Of a stretch of DNA of 64,000 nucleotides, positions 1-12,229 are shown piece by piece (position 1 is the first letter of the stretch; every line of letters starts with the position of its first letter). Both the position numbers and the translations under genes were made by a program. Under the pieces are notes generated by a model. It saw only the letters and a program-made list of their open reading frames with translations. It did not search any database and was not told the origin of the DNA. The stretch is from Lama guanicoe. Lineage: Eukaryota. The stretch spans positions 4,442,214 to 4,506,213 of the forward strand of contig MU054323.1 of assembly GCA_013239625.1 (NCBI GenBank), given 5' to 3'.

Positions 1-469
1 CAAATGCAGCCCCAGGTACAGGGTTAAGCCCTGCTGAGGCACCTGTTAGCAAACCAGTGAGGATCCCAGTCTTGGGAAAAGACAAAATGTGAACAAGTAA
101 CTCCAATAGATTGACACCTGCTGTGGAAGGTATACTGCGGATGTAACAAAATGGTGAGGAGGTAGGACGATTTCCCCGGCTATCCCGAATATGCTATGCC
201 TTTGGGTGACTGAAATTATACTGTTGGGCCTTGAATTGACATGACACTTTGATAACCTTGCCTGACGTGACAACGTACAAATGACAATGCCACCTCAGGA
301 AGTCTGCCAGCTTGTTTATGTTGCTTTATTGGTATCATCAGATGCTCAACTCTGAGAAGAATAGTGATCAATTGTGAACAAAGCCAAATACAAGTTATTT
401 AGATTTAGTAATAAGTCTCCTCTGACGAACAACAGTGTCATTCTGCCTCTGATCATCCTTGACCTAAGT

Positions 470-676
470 ACAGCGCTTTGCTGCTTGCAGAACATTTTCA
501 CATCTGCAATTCTATTTGATCCTCATAATGAGGTGGTGAGGTAGGTAGACTAGAGGGTGCTGTCTCCACTTTTACAGATGAGAACACTGAGGAGATATGA
601 TCGCTTCGCCAGAGTTGTAGGACCAGTATGTGGCAGAGTCACAGTTCTCTGGATCCTGGCTTTCTCATTCTACCAA
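470..676 (-). mobile_element. MIR SINE
   Basis: Reverse-complement MIR core TTTTACAGATGAGAACACTGAGG with flanking ATTTGATCCTCATAATGAG; boundaries approximate. Confidence 0.75.
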
Positions 677-3126
677 AAGCCAAAAGAGGGGCCAGCCATT
701 TTCTTGGCTCTCTATCTGATAGGTATGTTGGAAGAGATAACATTTAGGTGATGCACAGAACTCAAAGGAGTCATGCATAGCTTGTGACCTTTACTGAGTG
801 TGGCATACTCAACACAGATCCAGAACAGCAGAGGTGTGAGTGGAGATGCTGGGCCAACCTAATTTAGACTTTCCTTCCTGAAAGCTAAGCCAGTGAAACC
901 ATGTGATGGATTCTTTTTAATATGGTGGTATTGTCAGGGAATAGCTTCAATATGCACTGTAAGCATTAAATGCTAAAAATAATAACAGCAATTATAGATA
1001 GTTCTGACACCAGAAGAGTAGAATTATGCTTCTTAACTGTATTGCCTTTAGCCAATAAAAATGCAAAATCACTTTTCTGAAAACTGTTTTCCTCTGTGCT
1101 AGACTACCAAGAGATGGCAGCATTCCATCCATCATTCAGCGAGTACATACTCCTTGCTTGAGAACTAAGATTTCCTCTTTTCCCAATGAAGTGTTGAGTG
1201 CAAAGAATAAAATTTAAACCATGAATCTGTTTCATAATCGCCCATTGTCACACAATCACGCAGCTCTAGATTGTGCACATCTAAATTTAGATGTTGGTGA
1301 TACGTAACTGCAAAGATTCAAATGACCTGTTTTAAAATAATACATGGTATATAGTTGACGGTAATGTACAAAATCCACTGAGTGATGATTCATGAAAGGG
1401 AATGGTGATGTATGATTCCTCCTTGGATACACTTGAAGTTTTCCACTTGTGGGCTTCCCTTTTCTGCAGACACGTGGTAATTCAAAGTCAAATACACTGT
1501 GTTAATAAAGCTGGGACCACTCTATTATCCAGCCTTATATTCTGTTTGGAGTTTGACACTTGTCTGCCAATGGAAAATTTCAGTAAATCTAACATCACAA
1601 ATCGACCAGTCCATGCTAGTCAATGAAAGAAGGTTCAGGATATATGATTATTTCTAGGGAAAGGTGGAAGCAATTCTTTCTTAGGGAAGATTCAGAAATG
1701 GCAATAAAGTTAAAATGTTCAGAAGTTCGCATTTCCATTGTTCAGTTTGTCATAAAAACTCCTTAAGTTTTTTTTTCATAATTTAGTTATTACCTTATGA
1801 CAGAGGCCAATGGAAAAATAATTTTGATACATCTCACATAACAAAAGTAGACACTTTAAAGTCTATGGCTATGTTGCTGGTCTTCCTTTTTCTTGTCTTT
1901 TGGTAATTGTATAGTTTATTTTACCAGTAATTGTCTTCAATTGTCAAATATCACAGATTTGTCATAGAGTTAACTTGTCAACCAATGACTCCAGCTGTGA
2001 AATAGCTTAGGCACAGTTTTGAAAGCTTCAGATTCTCTGGTAATATGTCTCATTGCTTTCCGCGTTAGTGGAGGTCATCACAGCCTCGCTTGATCAGAGA
2101 GCCATGGTGCTGCGAAGCAGCTGCGTTATTTATCTTCATCTCCCTCAAGAGACGACTCATTTATCCCAGATTTGAAGGAAGTGCCAAAAGGCACACAGCA
2201 AGTTACAGCAGAGGCAGCCACACCTAACGCTAATTTTCTGACTTCCAAACTAGTGTATTTTCTACTGCACGTGATACGGTAAAAAAAATGCTCAGAAAAT
2301 GACACCTTTGGTTTTTAAGGTGAGCCAGTGCCACAGTTCCCTTCAGGTATCCTAGTTAATTGGGTCGAAGGTATTTAAACCATTATTAAAAGTACAGTTT
2401 GGGGAAAGGAAGCAGGTGCAGCAGAAGGAAATGATGGATCTCGGCCGAGCTGGAAAAGATGCTGGTGACTCCTGGGTTCTCGCGGGGAAGACATAAGTCC
2501 CCTGCCGCAGACCAGAGGTCTGAGCAGCCTGAGCTTTTCTCCGTGTCTGGATGCAGGAATCTTTCTGTCTTGCAGGAAACCCTGTGCTCTTGTTTCTGAA
2601 ACTCTAGAGAGAGGGCCTCAGGGGGCTTGCCAATTGTTTTCTATAGATGGAGTATTTTTCTTCGGAGAACTGGTAGGTTATGGGAGGAACACGTCCTTCC
2701 CTCTTGGGAGACCCCAGGCTAAGTTACACACCGATCAGGTCCCAGGTGTAGGCTTGTCAGAAATGCTGCTGGCCCTGCTGCAGCCATGGGAGGCCTGAGG
2801 GGTGGCCCCTGCAGGGCTGAGAAGCCAGTGGGCCGACTGTCCTTAGGCTTCTGTCAACAGTGCTCTGGGGAAGGGGCGGGTGGGTTCCAGGGACGTGGGT
2901 TTCTGTTGGTAATACATGTAGCTGATCTCCTCGGTTTCCATGCATGTCCCTGTGATGTGGGTCTGGAATGAGCAAGCAAACATTGAGAAAGCAGCTGCTC
3001 CTATAAAGCTATGTTTCCACAAGGATGTCACAATGAGGGCGTTATTATCCAAAGGCCTGCATGAGAGGACCTAGCTCTCGTTCTCCTCGGTCCGAGTTAG
3101 GGAAAGAAATACAAGCAGTTCTCGAC

Positions 3127-3360
3127 AGTAATGATAGCCTTTGTTAAGTGTCAGATACTATTCTGCGTGCCTGCCACATGTCAGCGTTTCTTCCCCGCAA
3201 TAACCCGGTAGAACTGCGGCTGTTATCACCTCCATTTTGCAGATGAAACTGAGGCATAGAGAGATTAGATCTTCTTGAGGTCACGCGGGTAGTAAATGCT
3301 GAGACTGGGATTTGAACCCAGACAGACTGACTCCAGACTCTTTGCTCCTAAATACACCAT
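3127..3360 (-). mobile_element. MIR SINE, near full length
   Basis: CCATTTTGCAGATGAAACTGAGGCATAGAGAG ... GGATTTGAACCCAGACAGACTGACTCCAGA matches the reverse complement of MIR. Confidence 0.85.
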
Positions 3361-4819
3361 CCTGCCTCTGTGCCTGTGTCTGCCCCCACCACGGGAAGCA
3401 TTTTCTTTTTCTCTTTAGAAAATTAAAATGCAGCTACTTGTGGTGTGGCCTGCCTGTTCCTTATCTGATTGCCAGAGAACACAAATCCCATCAGGGCGGG
3501 AGCCTGGACAACTGGAGTTTTCATTCCTGGATTGGGGGTGTGCAGGCTCCCGGGCTTGGACTTAGATGGCGCTCAACCCTGGGGACAGCAGCCTCTTTGC
3601 TGCCGTTGTCCTGCTTCAGACGCCTGCAACTAGCCCGCCCAGAGTGAGGCTGCTCTGGTCCAGGCGCTGATGGAGAAAGGTGATCCCCATGCTTTTCCTC
3701 TAATGAAACAGAGCTTGTGGCCACTGATTTTCCAACAAGCCCCAGAGTCATGCTGTGGACAGACTTGACCTGAGTCCATCGCATGTCTTGTGTTCATTTA
3801 TTGCTGGAAACAGCATTATGACCGTGATTTATACTTCTCACAGAAAGGAAACTTTTCAGCCACGGGTTTCCAGGAGGCTTCCTTTGGGAAAAGCAAGGAG
3901 GAGAGCGCCCTCTGGGAATGTTCCCCGAAGGACTTTTCTCCACCTCTACATCTAGTTTAGCCCGGGCTAAACACAGACCCCAGTGAACTTCAAGCTCCTG
4001 CCTTCACCTCCGGAGCTGCTCCCCACTTTCCCCGCTTCAGTAGTTTTAATCCGGCCTCTGCTTCCGAGTCTCTCCCTCCACAGAGCTGAGTTGAGTTCAG
4101 CTGAGTCTACCCGTTCATGAATGTTTTAGTTAAAGCAGCTTGCCGAGGTGAATTCTGCCATCTCTGTATTTGATGTAACCCTGTGTGGAGATCCTCAGAA
4201 TGAACTAGTGACCCCTGCCCCTTAATATTAACAGCATTGTGAATCTCCAAATATATAACAGTTTGCAGGAAGAATTTTGTAAGTGTTCAACGCTTCCAAA
4301 AACCTAGGAGATACTTTATGGCAAAATTTTGACAAAAGCTGAAGAGCTCCTCAATTACTGAGTGTGAACATTGCAGTAGAAAATGACGCATTTGTAGGAG
4401 TAAGGAATAGAGACCTCAGCCTTGGCAATGAGTCGGGATGACTGAAAGCATTGGGGCAAATGGCTCAGTCATAAGCTACGTTCCACTTTCCTTATTTCTG
4501 TGTCTTTGGGCTCAGGACCGTCTTAATTCATGCCATGTGCTGCACATTGACGTAGGAGAGAAAATTAAGCATTTAAGTCAATCAAATCTATTTCTGAGAT
4601 GCTTTCACTTCCTTGGTCATTACAGGAATTCAGTTACAAGGCTCAATATCTCTTGGCAGCAATATTCACTGGCTAGAAAAATTTGTATGTGCTTCTCGAT
4701 TCCATTGTCTTACAGGTGACTATAGTTTTCCTGCCCTAAAAGAAGATGAAGAGATTAAATTAAATTCACTTAAACAAAAGAATAGTATTCGATAATAGTA
4801 TCATTGAGCAAAAGAATAG

Positions 4820-5010
4820 TGACATTTACTGACATGCAATGTAAGTCAATAACTGTACTAAGAGATTTAACCATATTATCTCATTTAAGCCAAAAAATAA
4901 CCCTATGAGATAAATACTATCAATTATCCCCGTTTTACAGATGAGAAACTTGCCCAAAATCATATTTCCAGTAAGTGGAAAGCAAAGAGTTGAATCTGAA
5001 ATATCTATGG
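4820..5010 (-). mobile_element. MIR SINE
   Basis: TCTCATTTAAG...CCCTATGAGATAAATACTATCAATTATCCCCGTTTTACAGATGAGAAACT. Confidence 0.8.
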
Positions 5011-5364
5011 AGGCTGCACTGTGAAAAAATTACACCTCTCTCTGTGTCTCCTTGGGACTTAATTTTGTCCTGGAGTGCAGGCCCCCCGTCTCGTTCTGTA
5101 CATCCCTGAGGCCCAAAACATGGTAGGTGAACAGGAGATACTTAATGACAGACTGAGTTTATGGCCCTTCTCAGTGAAGCCTTCCTGGATTTATCTGATG
5201 TGTAGTTATGGATAAACGAGGTTTTAAGATGCATTCTACTCCTTTGACTCTATTTACCTAGACCTTAATATCATATTTGTGTTTTCTGTATATTTTATTT
5301 CATATATAGACTATAAATTCCTTAAGAGTGGAGATTTTGTCCTTTGCTTCATTTACAAACCTTA

Positions 5365-5419
5365 TAGTGTTTGTGTGAGTGTGTAGTTATGTAGGTGTGT
5401 AGGGGTGTCTATGTGTGTA

Positions 5420-5467
<48 letters not shown>

Positions 5468-5484
5468 TAAAAATATATATATTA
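5365..5484. repeat. Compound (GT)n/(TA)n microsatellite
   Basis: GTGTGTGTGT followed by a long (AT)n run at about 5430-5457. Confidence 0.9.
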
Positions 5485-5695
5485 GACTGGGATTTCAAAA
5501 TGTAGAATAGATAAACAAGATTATTCTGTATAGAACAGGGAAATATATACAAGATCTTGTGGTAGCTTACAGAGAAAAAAATGTGACAATGAATATGTGT
5601 ATGTTCATGTATAACTGAAAAATTGTGCTCTACACTGGAATTTGACAGAACATTGTAAAATGATTATAACTCAATAAAAAATGTTTTAAAAAAAG
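5485..5695 (+). mobile_element. Young 5'-truncated L1 3' end (artiodactyl/camelid-type)
   Basis: TAGATAAACAAGATTATTCTGTATAGAACAGGGAAATAT...TGTATAACTGAAAAATTGTGCTCTACACTGG...AATAAA (5673-5678) plus A-tail; imperfect TSD AAAA(A/G)TATATATTA on both sides. Confidence 0.85.
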
Positions 5696-5854
5696 TATAT
5701 ATTACATTCAAAATGATGTTGACTTAATAGAAACACCGAAAAAGAAGACACCAACGTGAGGCTAAGGTATAGCTTGGAATATGTCAAAAAAGTCATGCTG
5801 GGGCTGACTCGCTCAGTCGGAATGAATGTCCAGCCTCACTCAGTACCAAGCCCT

Positions 5855-5998
5855 TCGCAGCACCTGGTGTATTTTGCAGTAATTGTGTCTGTTCAATTTT
5901 CTGTCTTTCTTGCTGGACTATGATATCTAGGAAGGCAAATACCATTTATCCACAGAACCCAGCATATGATTACTCATTAAATATTTGAGGAATGATTG
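5855..5998 (+). mobile_element. L2 3' end fragment
   Basis: CTGGACTATGATATCTAGGAAGGCAA...CTCATTAAATATTTGAGGAATGA resembles the L2 3' terminus. Confidence 0.6.
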
Positions 5999-7689
5999 GA
6001 GGTGCTTATCCATGGTTATCCACATCTTCAGATACTAAATACTCTGAGTGAGTCATCTGGACTGGATGAAGTAAAGCCCAGTCGTGAGACTCTGGGCTGG
6101 CAAGCGCACAGGAACTTTTCAGAAAGTTTTCAGAAATGGGCAGAAAATACGCTCCGTGGCATCCTTGGCAACGACAGTAACAACAAAACAGAATGAATTT
6201 AATTTTGTGTGGAAGAGTTTTGAATCCTCATCCTTCTGATCAATTCCTAGAACCAGAAATGAGAGAACAGGAGCCTGGAATTGAGCACGTGACACTGACA
6301 TCGAGGTCTTCCAAAGGCAATGGTCCAGGCCTTCTTGATGTGCAGGTCCTGACTCATCCAATACACAGATACGATTAAGACAGACTCTGTGAGTTTGGGG
6401 GGATCACAGGTGAAGGTCACCACCAGTAGAGGTGCGAGATGCAGGCTGAGTTTCACGGATACCAATGGCAGAACCGTCTGCTTGAATCCTGGAATGCCAA
6501 GATTCAGGGAAAAGCTGGAAAATCCTTTTATTTTTCAGGGTAACAGCAGATAAAGGGTCTAATAGGCCTCTCTCCATCTCTGCAGAATGCCAGTCAGGCT
6601 ACGAGTGGTTTTTCTCCTGTAACACAGATCCCTGCAGGAACTGACTGCTCGTTTAGAAATGGCAGCACCAGAAAAAAGCTGCTGTAGGCTGAATAATTAT
6701 TTCATGTCTGATCCCTAAGTCTAATACCAAGTGAGTGAAGCAAACCCTTTAGTAAAACAAATACCCCCATTACGCCGATAGGAGCACGGAGACAAATAGG
6801 AAGAGGCAGCCGGTTCTGCTGCCAAGGCAGGCGCCGGAGAGCATTGCCAGAGGGCATCTGCCCTCGCTGACAACAAAGCCCGGCTCAGCCTGCGATTTGG
6901 GGTGCCGCCAGCTGCTAGCCTGGTGGAACCCCACAAGGCAGACAACACGGAGGGGATATTAGGGCAGCTCTGCTTCTAGCGTGGCCGCGGCGTTTGGTAA
7001 ATTGATTTCCATTTTTGCTAGCTGAAAGCCAGTCGCTAATGGGAGAATGATTTCTGGGTGCCATCTGGGCACATGGACATTTTCTAATTTAGTGGCTTGA
7101 ATATTATCTGTTCCTCTTTACATGAAGACGTTTTATTGTAATTATTTCTACTGCCCCCAGCTGAAACACACAGAGCTATTTGTTGAAAGGTTAAATGAGG
7201 AGAGTTGATGACTCCAGTTCACGTTTGGGGAATCAAAAGAGATATGACACCCACATTATTTCAATTATGTTCCAGGAAGCACAGCATGTCAGGAAAGAGC
7301 ATGGTCCGTGATGTTGATCAAAGGGTGGCGATGAAGCTCAGATCTCATTCACAGCCCCGGAGGTGCGGGCTGTCAGAGCTGGAAGGACCTTGGGGATCAT
7401 TTATTCAAAACCGTTTGTTTTAGAAACCCAGGGCCTGGAGAAGGGAGGTGAGTCTCCCAAGATCCCATGGCTCTGGGCAGATTTAAGAATGTTCCAGATC
7501 TTCTGAAGCCGATTTGTGAGTTTCCCACTTAACATCCCCTTGTTTTGCCTCTTTCTTTCAAGCAGGCTTGGCTCATATTCAAGATGTGATGTCATGATCA
7601 CACTGGTTGAATAACTGTAACTTTTCTAAAACATATATTTTTTTAAAATAGCTCTCAAAAATAGAAAATATGCTACTATATATATTGCT

Positions 7690-7820
7690 TCTGTGATGAG
7701 AATTTTTAAGATTTAATCTCTTGCAACTTTCAAATATGCAATACACTGTCATTAACTTTAGTCACCGTACAGTACATTGTCATGACTCACTTATTTCATA
7801 ACTGGAAGTTTGTACCTTTT
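7690..7820 (-). mobile_element. L1MA-type 3' UTR fragment
   Basis: GTGATGAGAATTTTTAAGATTTAATCTCTTGCAACTTTCAAATATGCAATAC...CTTATTTCATAACTGGAAGTTTGTACCTTTT. Confidence 0.7.
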
Positions 7821-8089
7821 ATGTATTGTTTTTGAAACAAAACGAACAGAGTCAATAACCTGCTACCCGGGGGATATGGTGTTGTAGCACTTGGATGATG
7901 CAGACTATTAAAAATGTTCCATCCTCACTTACTGCTGAATTTCCCAAGAACACTCAGTCCTTGACCTTGCTCTCTGGGCTGTTGAGAGCAGAGGAGCAGA
8001 GGAGAGGCTGGAGCCCAGTTCTTGTCTGATGGAGAGCTGTCATCTGCTGACAGGTCAAATTCTCATAGAAATCTCTTCCACACACCTGC

Positions 8090-8580
8090 ATTCACTCAGG
8101 AATGTATGCACACGCTCGTGCAAAACCAGATCAATCAGGTGTTATTTCAGAACTGCTGCATAATTGATTCACTAAATACTACAGAATTTAAGCAAATGGA
8201 TAGATGTCTTTCTTTCCCTTGGAGAAGGAGTCTTGGAGTCATTCGGACTTGAATTGTATGTTGAAAGATGAAAAGAATTTGGATAATAAAATATTACAGA
8301 GGAGAGGGCACATGAGGAAAGACAGAACGTGATGTACTGGTGATGGGGTGGGGCTGGGATTAGGAGAAACACTTGGCATTGATCTCCCTGGCCTCAGGGG
8401 CACATGCCGTGGGAGAAGGGGATATGCTTTCGGGGAGGTCCAGGAGATTAAGATTATAGAGACGATGCACTAAGACCACTAAGACAGTACACGAAAAAGT
8501 TGACACTCTGTACTAAGAGTAGGAACACTGGGGTCACATGTACCATTGTACATGTTTTTGTCAAGAATTATAAACTGGCT
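8090..8580 (-). mobile_element. L2 fragment
   Basis: Purine-rich reverse-L2 pattern (CATTCACTCA start; GACTTGAATTGTATGTTGAAAGATGA; TTGACACTCTGTACTAAGAGTAGG). Confidence 0.5.
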
Positions 8581-10224
8581 TCTGCGTGAAGGAACTGTCT
8601 TTCTCTTCGGTGACTTCTAGAAGTAGCTATCTCTTCCCCGACTCCCACATCCATCTGGCCCCAACCTTTTTCTCTGTCAATCCAAGTCAAATTTAAAGCC
8701 AGAAAAAAATTCTGTAATTGAAGTTGTCTATTTTTTGCTGGTTATATCCGTCTCCTCAGTGCTGTCTATGATTAAATCAAAACGTTCAAATGACTGCTAA
8801 TGGTGATAGTTTAGGTTAAACCTTCTTAATCTCGTCCAACACATATTGAGCAAATATGTATTAACTCTTACCGTGTGCCTGAATTTGGGCTGGCACTTGA
8901 AACAAGAACAAAACAGGGACTCAGTCCTTAAGCATCTTGAATCTAATAGGGGACATAAGTGTTGGAAAATACTCCAGGTGCAATATCAGAAACCTGTGCA
9001 ATGAAACTGGCATATCGGGAGCCTTTAATAAATGCTAGTTGAATTGAAAACCCCTCCTCTTGTGCCCTAGTTCCTGTTCTTTCTTGCTGTTTCAAGGACG
9101 TGGCTTCTGCAGTTCTCTCCTCCCCAGTTCACTGAGGTTTTCCTTTCTCTAGGATCGTTCCTGTTAGTATATAAACATATTCTAATTATTCCTACCTAAA
9201 AAATAAAATGAGAAGAAAAAAACCTCTTTTGACCTCACATCCTCCTCCAGCTATTACTGCTGACACCCCTCCATCATCACTTCTGCTTCTTCACTGAACA
9301 CCCCTTCTTGACTTTATTCTAAGGAGAATCCATACCATCCTCCCTACTTCATTAACACTGCCACTGTAAGAAGTGTTAGCCACCCCTCTGTCACCAGTCC
9401 AAGTGACTTCTCTCTTCTTATCTTACTTCATCTCCAATAATGTTCAATAGAACGAGCTCCGTGACTCGGAGTTCGTCTTCTCTCGGCATCCTGGCACCAG
9501 ACTCCTGGTGTTCTTCCGAGCTGATGTGTCAGTCCTCAGTCTTCTGTGCTGGCTCCTCCTCCCCTGCTCTCCCTCTGCTTTTCTCTTTCTTTGGCCATCG
9601 AACCCATACTTTGGTTTTAAATACTGCCTACGCGCCAACGAGTCTCCGGTTCCTGTATCTCCCCAGCAATCCAAGCATGACTGTCCTACTCTCTGTTTGG
9701 CAATTACAGAAGGATGTCAAATAGAAGTCTCAGCCTAGCCAGGGGAGTGTCACTTTCGTAATTCCCACTCCACCTCTCCTGTTACGTAACCTTTCAGTTT
9801 GTGGTACCACCATATACCTATTTTCTCAAGCAAAAACTCCAAAATTGCTTGATTCCTCTCTTTTCCTCAATTCCATGAATAAAAACTATACACTTTACCT
9901 CTGTATCAGGTCTCACATTTAAAATTTTTCCTTATTTTCATTACTACAAGCTAGTCAGAAACCATTGTCTCTTCTCACCCAGACTAATCCAGTACCTACC
10001 CAACTGATTTTCCTATTCCCCACCCCTTTCTTTTAAATCCACGTAGAGTTTTCTACAACAGAGCCAGAAGTATCTTTGAAAAATGCAAATCAGGTTATGT
10101 CCATGTCCTACGTAGGACCCTCTGATGGCTTCCCATCACGTTTAGAATTAAATCAAAACTCCTGGCTCATAAAGCCTTTGATGCTAGGTCCCCAGTTACC
10201 TCCCCAGCTTCCTCTCATGTCCAG

Positions 10225-10452
10225 GCTGTGCTGTGCTGGCAGATGTTTAAGAACAGGCTCTCTGATCGAGGGGAGGGGCTGGGAACTAAAAGGAAGCCTT
10301 GTTTTATAGTGTTTGCCAATTTCTCTGGTGTAAATACTCCCACCATGGCCAGTTGTAAGCTACCAAAGTGACGTCAGCTGGCTCACAAGATTCCTGAAAA
10401 TGCAACAGTTGTCTCTCACTCACTGATAGAAGCCAGCCTCAGCACCTGGTGT
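10225..10452 (+). mobile_element. MER63-like hAT-Blackjack DNA transposon
   Basis: TGTGCTGGCAGATGTTTAAGAACAGGCTCTCTG...GGTGTAAATACTCCCACCATGGCCAGTTGTAAGCTACCAAAGTGACGTCA matches recalled MER63 consensus. Confidence 0.75.
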
Positions 10453-10865
10453 GCTGAGCATCACGATGCTCTTCATTTGTTTCCTCAAACACATTATCCA
10501 AGTATCTTCTTTAGGCCTTGGGTATCATTTATCTCCATGCCTGAAATGCTCTTTCACTTGATCATGATATAGAACAAGAATAATTTTAGTTATTTAGGTC
10601 TCAGTTGAGCTCAAAGAACTCCTCACTGAGGTTTTCCTTAAACAGCTGATAGAAGCCAGCCTCAGCACCCGATGTGAACCATCACGATGCTCTTCATTTG
10701 TTTCCTCAAACACATTATCCAAGTATCTTCTTTAGGCCTTGGGTATCATTTATCTCCATGCCTGAAATGCTCTTTCACTTGATCATGATATAGAACAAGA
10801 ATAATTTTAGTTATTTAGGTCTCAGTTGAGCTCAAAGAACTCCTCACTGAGGTTTTCCTTAAACA
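10423..10865. repeat. Near-perfect tandem duplication, units 10423-10645 and 10646-10865
   Basis: Both units start CTGATAGAAGCCAGCCTCAGCACC and end GTTTTCCTTAAACA; differences are confined to a short patch near the unit start. Confidence 0.97.
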
Positions 10866-11047
10866 TCCCCTACAGGAACCATTTAGTCATTCTCTAGTAC
10901 ATAAGCTGATACTAATTCCCTCCATAAGACCTGAGGCCATCTGATGACTAATGAGTATGTTTATTTTTATTCCGCTTGCCTCACTAGCATATAATCTCTA
11001 CATTTGCAGGATCCTTGTCCATCATGTTCATTGCCACAGCCTCAGCG

Positions 11048-11165
11048 TTCAAAATTGTAGAACAGATAAACAAGATTACACTGTATAGCACAGGGAAATA
11101 TACACAAAATGTTATGATAAATCACAGAGAAAAAAATGTGACAATGAGTGTATATGTCCATGTAG
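11048..11165 (+). mobile_element. 118-bp L1 3'-UTR fragment without poly(A), flanked by 36-bp direct repeats (11012-11047, 11166-11201)
   Basis: Homologous to the L1 at about 5494-5610; both flanks read TCCTTGTCCATCATGTTCATTGCCACAGCCTCAGCG. Confidence 0.92.
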
Positions 11166-11839
11166 TCCTTGTCCATCATGTTCATTGCCACAGCCTCAGC
11201 GACAAGAGCAGTGCCTAACACACAGTAGATGCTCAATCTGAGAGAAATCAAAAAGCAAATCAATAAATAAACCAACATTTCCGGCCCAGCTGATCTCTGC
11301 TTGTTGATATGGTCTTTGTAATAACCAGAAAGTCAAATTTCTCAAATATAATTTTGCTTTTCTTCTCTTCTGCCATTTTGCTGTCAGTCATCTCCTGGTT
11401 CACCATACTGTACCTGTCCCCTTGCTTTTTACTTATCAGAATCTTTTACCCTGCAAGGCTCAAATCATGCATGGCTCTTCTTTTAAGAAGCCTTGCATGG
11501 TCATTGCAGGCTAGAGTCCCTCACTTCTGATGGCCAGCAGTACATTTTAACTGTGCACATCCCTGCTAACTGCTCAAGTACTGCCGAGTGATACCCTATG
11601 TTGCTCTCTTGTCCTGTGATTTATACTTGGATTTTTATTTAATGTTTTCAATGCCCATACAGCCTTCCTCCTTTTCAATTCTGAGCTCCTATACTTCCAA
11701 TACAAATTGGTGCTTCCTTCAAGGTTTCCTAAGATTCCTGGTGCCACTCCCTGAACAGTGTATATTTAGTAAATGTCTACTTATTAGATTTGTTTTATGG
11801 TTTCTATGAGTCCATGAGCTGGATCTTCTTTTGTTTTCC

Positions 11840-12215
11840 TTTGTAGATAGATGCTCCATCCTTCTCTGCTTTGTGCCCTAGGAGACTGACATGTACGTGC
11901 CTCTTCAAAGAGCCCTTGTTCCTTCTGGCTTTGGTTGAGCTGAGCCAATGAGGATCATAGGTCAGAGGTCTGGGGGAAGAAAGGAGCGTGCGGTGAGAGT
12001 TTGCATTTGCCCAGCCCCCTCCTCACCCTGCACGGTCATCACAGGCTGTCTTCAGCATTTGTCGTAATGCCTCAGCTCTCATCAGATACTTTCCTCTGCA
12101 CAGCACTCTTTTTCTGAGTTCCAGTGGCCACTTCCTCCCTTCAACCCATCAATCCTCAGGGTGATAACTAGTTCAGTGGTACTTTACCATCCGCTGTGAT
12201 TTTTATACACGTTGC
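11840..12215 (+). mobile_element. LTR33-like solo LTR (ERVL class)
   Basis: TGTGCCCTAGGAGACTGAC...CCTTCTGGCTTTGGTTGAGCTGAGCCAATGAGG...CCTCAGGGTGATAAC matches recalled LTR33 layout. Confidence 0.7.
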
Positions 12216-12229
12216 CCTACAAAGTTCTC

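Larger units (their letters stand above)
9040..11275 (+). mobile_element. Long decayed L2 LINE 3' portion, interrupted by MER63, a tandem duplication and an L1 fragment
   Basis: Pyrimidine-rich L2 signatures (CTTGATTCCTCTCTTTTCCTCA; AAAATGCAAATCAGGTTATGTC; ATGGCTTCCCATCAC) ending in CAGTGCCTAACACACAGTAGATGCTCAAT. Confidence 0.75.

Noticed and set aside
3955..3972. Perfect 18-bp palindrome GTTTAGCCCGGGCTAAAC (also 16-bp CCACGCTGCAGCGTGG at 52385-52400)
   Set aside because: About 0.25 and about 1 such palindromes are expected by chance in 64 kb (64000 x 4^-9 and 4^-8); no supporting context.
10423..11201. Direct repeats as a CRISPR-like or LTR-bounded element
   Set aside because: Only two copies of each, both derived from host L2/MER63 sequence in a mammalian genome; no spacer array or LTR termini.
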